Positions 13,707 through 14,848 of a stretch of DNA of 14,848 nt are shown in pieces (the stretch's first letter is position 1; the number at the start of each line of letters is the position of its first letter). The notes beneath the pieces are model-generated. The model was not told where the DNA came from. It made no database searches and was given only the letters and a program-made list of their open reading frames with translations. The DNA lies in contig CAYTJL010000046.1 in NCBI GenBank assembly GCA_964437785.1, positions 32,439-47,286 of the forward strand, in the 5' to 3' direction. The stretch is from an uncultured Polyangiaceae bacterium (lineage in GTDB: Bacteria; Myxococcota_A; Polyangia; Polyangiales; Polyangiaceae). The translations under genes were made by a program, and so were the position numbers.

Positions 13707-14848
13707 GCGCCTTCAGCTACGAGCTCGCAGCGGTCCTCTCGGCGGTCACGCGCGTTCACCCTGGTCCCGAGGGCGCGTACGCGATCCCTTGGTACCTCGT
13801 CATCGGTCACCCCGGCTCGGGCAGGACGAGCGCGGTCCGCGCGATGAGCCTCACGTGGGACGGCAACGAGAGCCCCGTCGCGACGGGCGCGCCCGCGCCG
13901 CTCTGCACGTATTGGATGCCCAAAGAGGCGGTCTTCATCGAGCCGGAGCGCCAAGTGCTCGGGCAAGATCGACAAGCCGGGCTCCTCGGCGAGCTCTGCA
14001 CCGACCTCAAGACGCTGCGCCCGCGCGAGGCGCTCGACGGCATCCTCCTCGTGCTCAACGTCGCCGACTTCATCGACTTCACCGAGGGCACGCTCGACAC
14101 CTACTCGAACGGCCTGCGTAAATTCTTGGTCGAGGTCGGCCAGGCGCTCGGCGAGGACGTGCCCACGTACGTGGTGCTCACGCGCTACGACACGCTCTGG
14201 GGCTTCGCCGAGGTGTTCCAATGGAACCACGAGCGCAAGCGCGAGGAGCCGTGGGGCTTCACCCTGCCGCCCGACACGCCGAGCCAAGACTCGCTGAAGC
14301 GCATCGAGAAGGAGCTCGACGGCCTCAACGCGCGCTTCGAATCGTTCTGCATCGAGCGGCTCTCGTCGGAGGATTTGCCCGAGCACCGCATCCGCGCGTT
14401 CCAACATCTCGCCGAGGTGCGCGCGCTGATCCTCAAGCTCAAGCAGGTCTTCACCGTGCTCGGGATGGCCAACGCCTACGAGCGCGCGCCGTGGTTCCGC
14501 GCGCTCGCGGTGGGCAGCGCCCAACCGGGCACGGGCGACAAGATGCGCGCGGGCGTGCAGCGCTTCTTCAACATGGGCCTCACGCAAGGCCCGTCGCAGC
14601 TCGCGAACAGGCCCGGCGGCCTGCCTTTTCATGCGTTCACGAGCACGGTCCTGCTCGCCGAGAAGGACATCGTCCCGACCAAGAAGCGCTGGCGCGACGA
14701 CATGATCATCATCATCTGCTTCGTCGTCGGCGGCCTCTTGTGGCTCGGCGCGATCGTCACGGGGATCGTGTTCGCGTCGATGGGCCCGCAGGACAACAAA
14801 CCGGCGCCCATCAAGACCACGCCCGCCAAGACCGCGCCCAAGAAGTGA
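13703..14848 (+). CDS. IcmF/TssM N-terminal NTPase-like P-loop protein, short form with C-terminal TM helix
   Basis: ATGA start/stop overlap with the DotU-like gene. IPWYLVIGHPGSGRTS (Walker A), TYWMPKEAVFIEPE, LDGILLVLNVAD (Walker B-like) and PTYVVLTRYDTLWGFAEVF follow the TssM/IcmF NTPase pattern. TM helix MIIIICFVVGGLLWLGAIVTGIVF. The TGA stop falls exactly at the window end. Confidence 0.7.
   Translation: MSAFSYELAAVLSAVTRVHPGPEGAYAIPWYLVIGHPGSGRTSAVRAMSLTWDGNESPVATGAPAPLCTYWMPKEAVFIEPERQVLGQDRQAGLLGELCTDLKTLRPREALDGILLVLNVADFIDFTEGTLDTYSNGLRKFLVEVGQALGEDVPTYVVLTRYDTLWGFAEVFQWNHERKREEPWGFTLPPDTPSQDSLKRIEKELDGLNARFESFCIERLSSEDLPEHRIRAFQHLAEVRALILKLKQVFTVLGMANAYERAPWFRALAVGSAQPGTGDKMRAGVQRFFNMGLTQGPSQLANRPGGLPFHAFTSTVLLAEKDIVPTKKRWRDDMIIIICFVVGGLLWLGAIVTGIVFASMGPQDNKPAPIKTTPAKTAPKK

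Noticed and set aside
13688-14632. 314-aa minus-strand ORF antisense to the IcmF-like gene
   Set aside because: It is Arg/Glu/Ala-rich with no motifs. The plus strand carries Walker A and B motifs and the TssM-like pattern.

Overview
High-GC (roughly 68-70 %) bacterial chromosomal segment. The gene content suggests a Myxococcota-like organism: a Hanks kinase with a Pro-rich tail, a TPR protein, a Cys-rich lipoprotein and REC-GAF-PAS kinases. That taxon call is inference only. The unusual part is the first 4.6 kb. A 5'-truncated vWA/MIDAS gene is translationally linked to an uncharacterised 317-aa gene. These are followed by 18 same-strand tRNA genes (2288-4574) with spacers of 1-23 nt inside each block, split by an HNH endonuclease gene (3472-3999). 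I folded each tRNA by hand and most are non-canonical, in blocks. Five consecutive tRNAs have a minimal D-arm. Four tRNAs carry C instead of the near-universal U33. Two tRNA-Leu lack the long variable arm. Four tRNA-Ser isoacceptors together cover all six Ser codons and show an 8/4 (tRNA-Sec or allo-tRNA-like) acceptor/T-stem geometry with a long D-stem. Seventeen of the 18 encode CC after the discriminator, but only five encode a full CCA. I read this as an accessory, possibly phage- or mobile-element-derived, backup tRNA island. The rest of the window is ordinary: Cys-rich lipoprotein, TPR/membrane protein, Ser/Thr kinase, enoyl-CoA hydratase, and an overlapping REC-GAF-PAS-DHp plus histidine kinase pair. 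The window ends with an ATGA-coupled DotU/TssL-like gene and a short IcmF/TssM-NTPase-like gene. Many long ORFs in the supplied track are GC-driven antisense artefacts.
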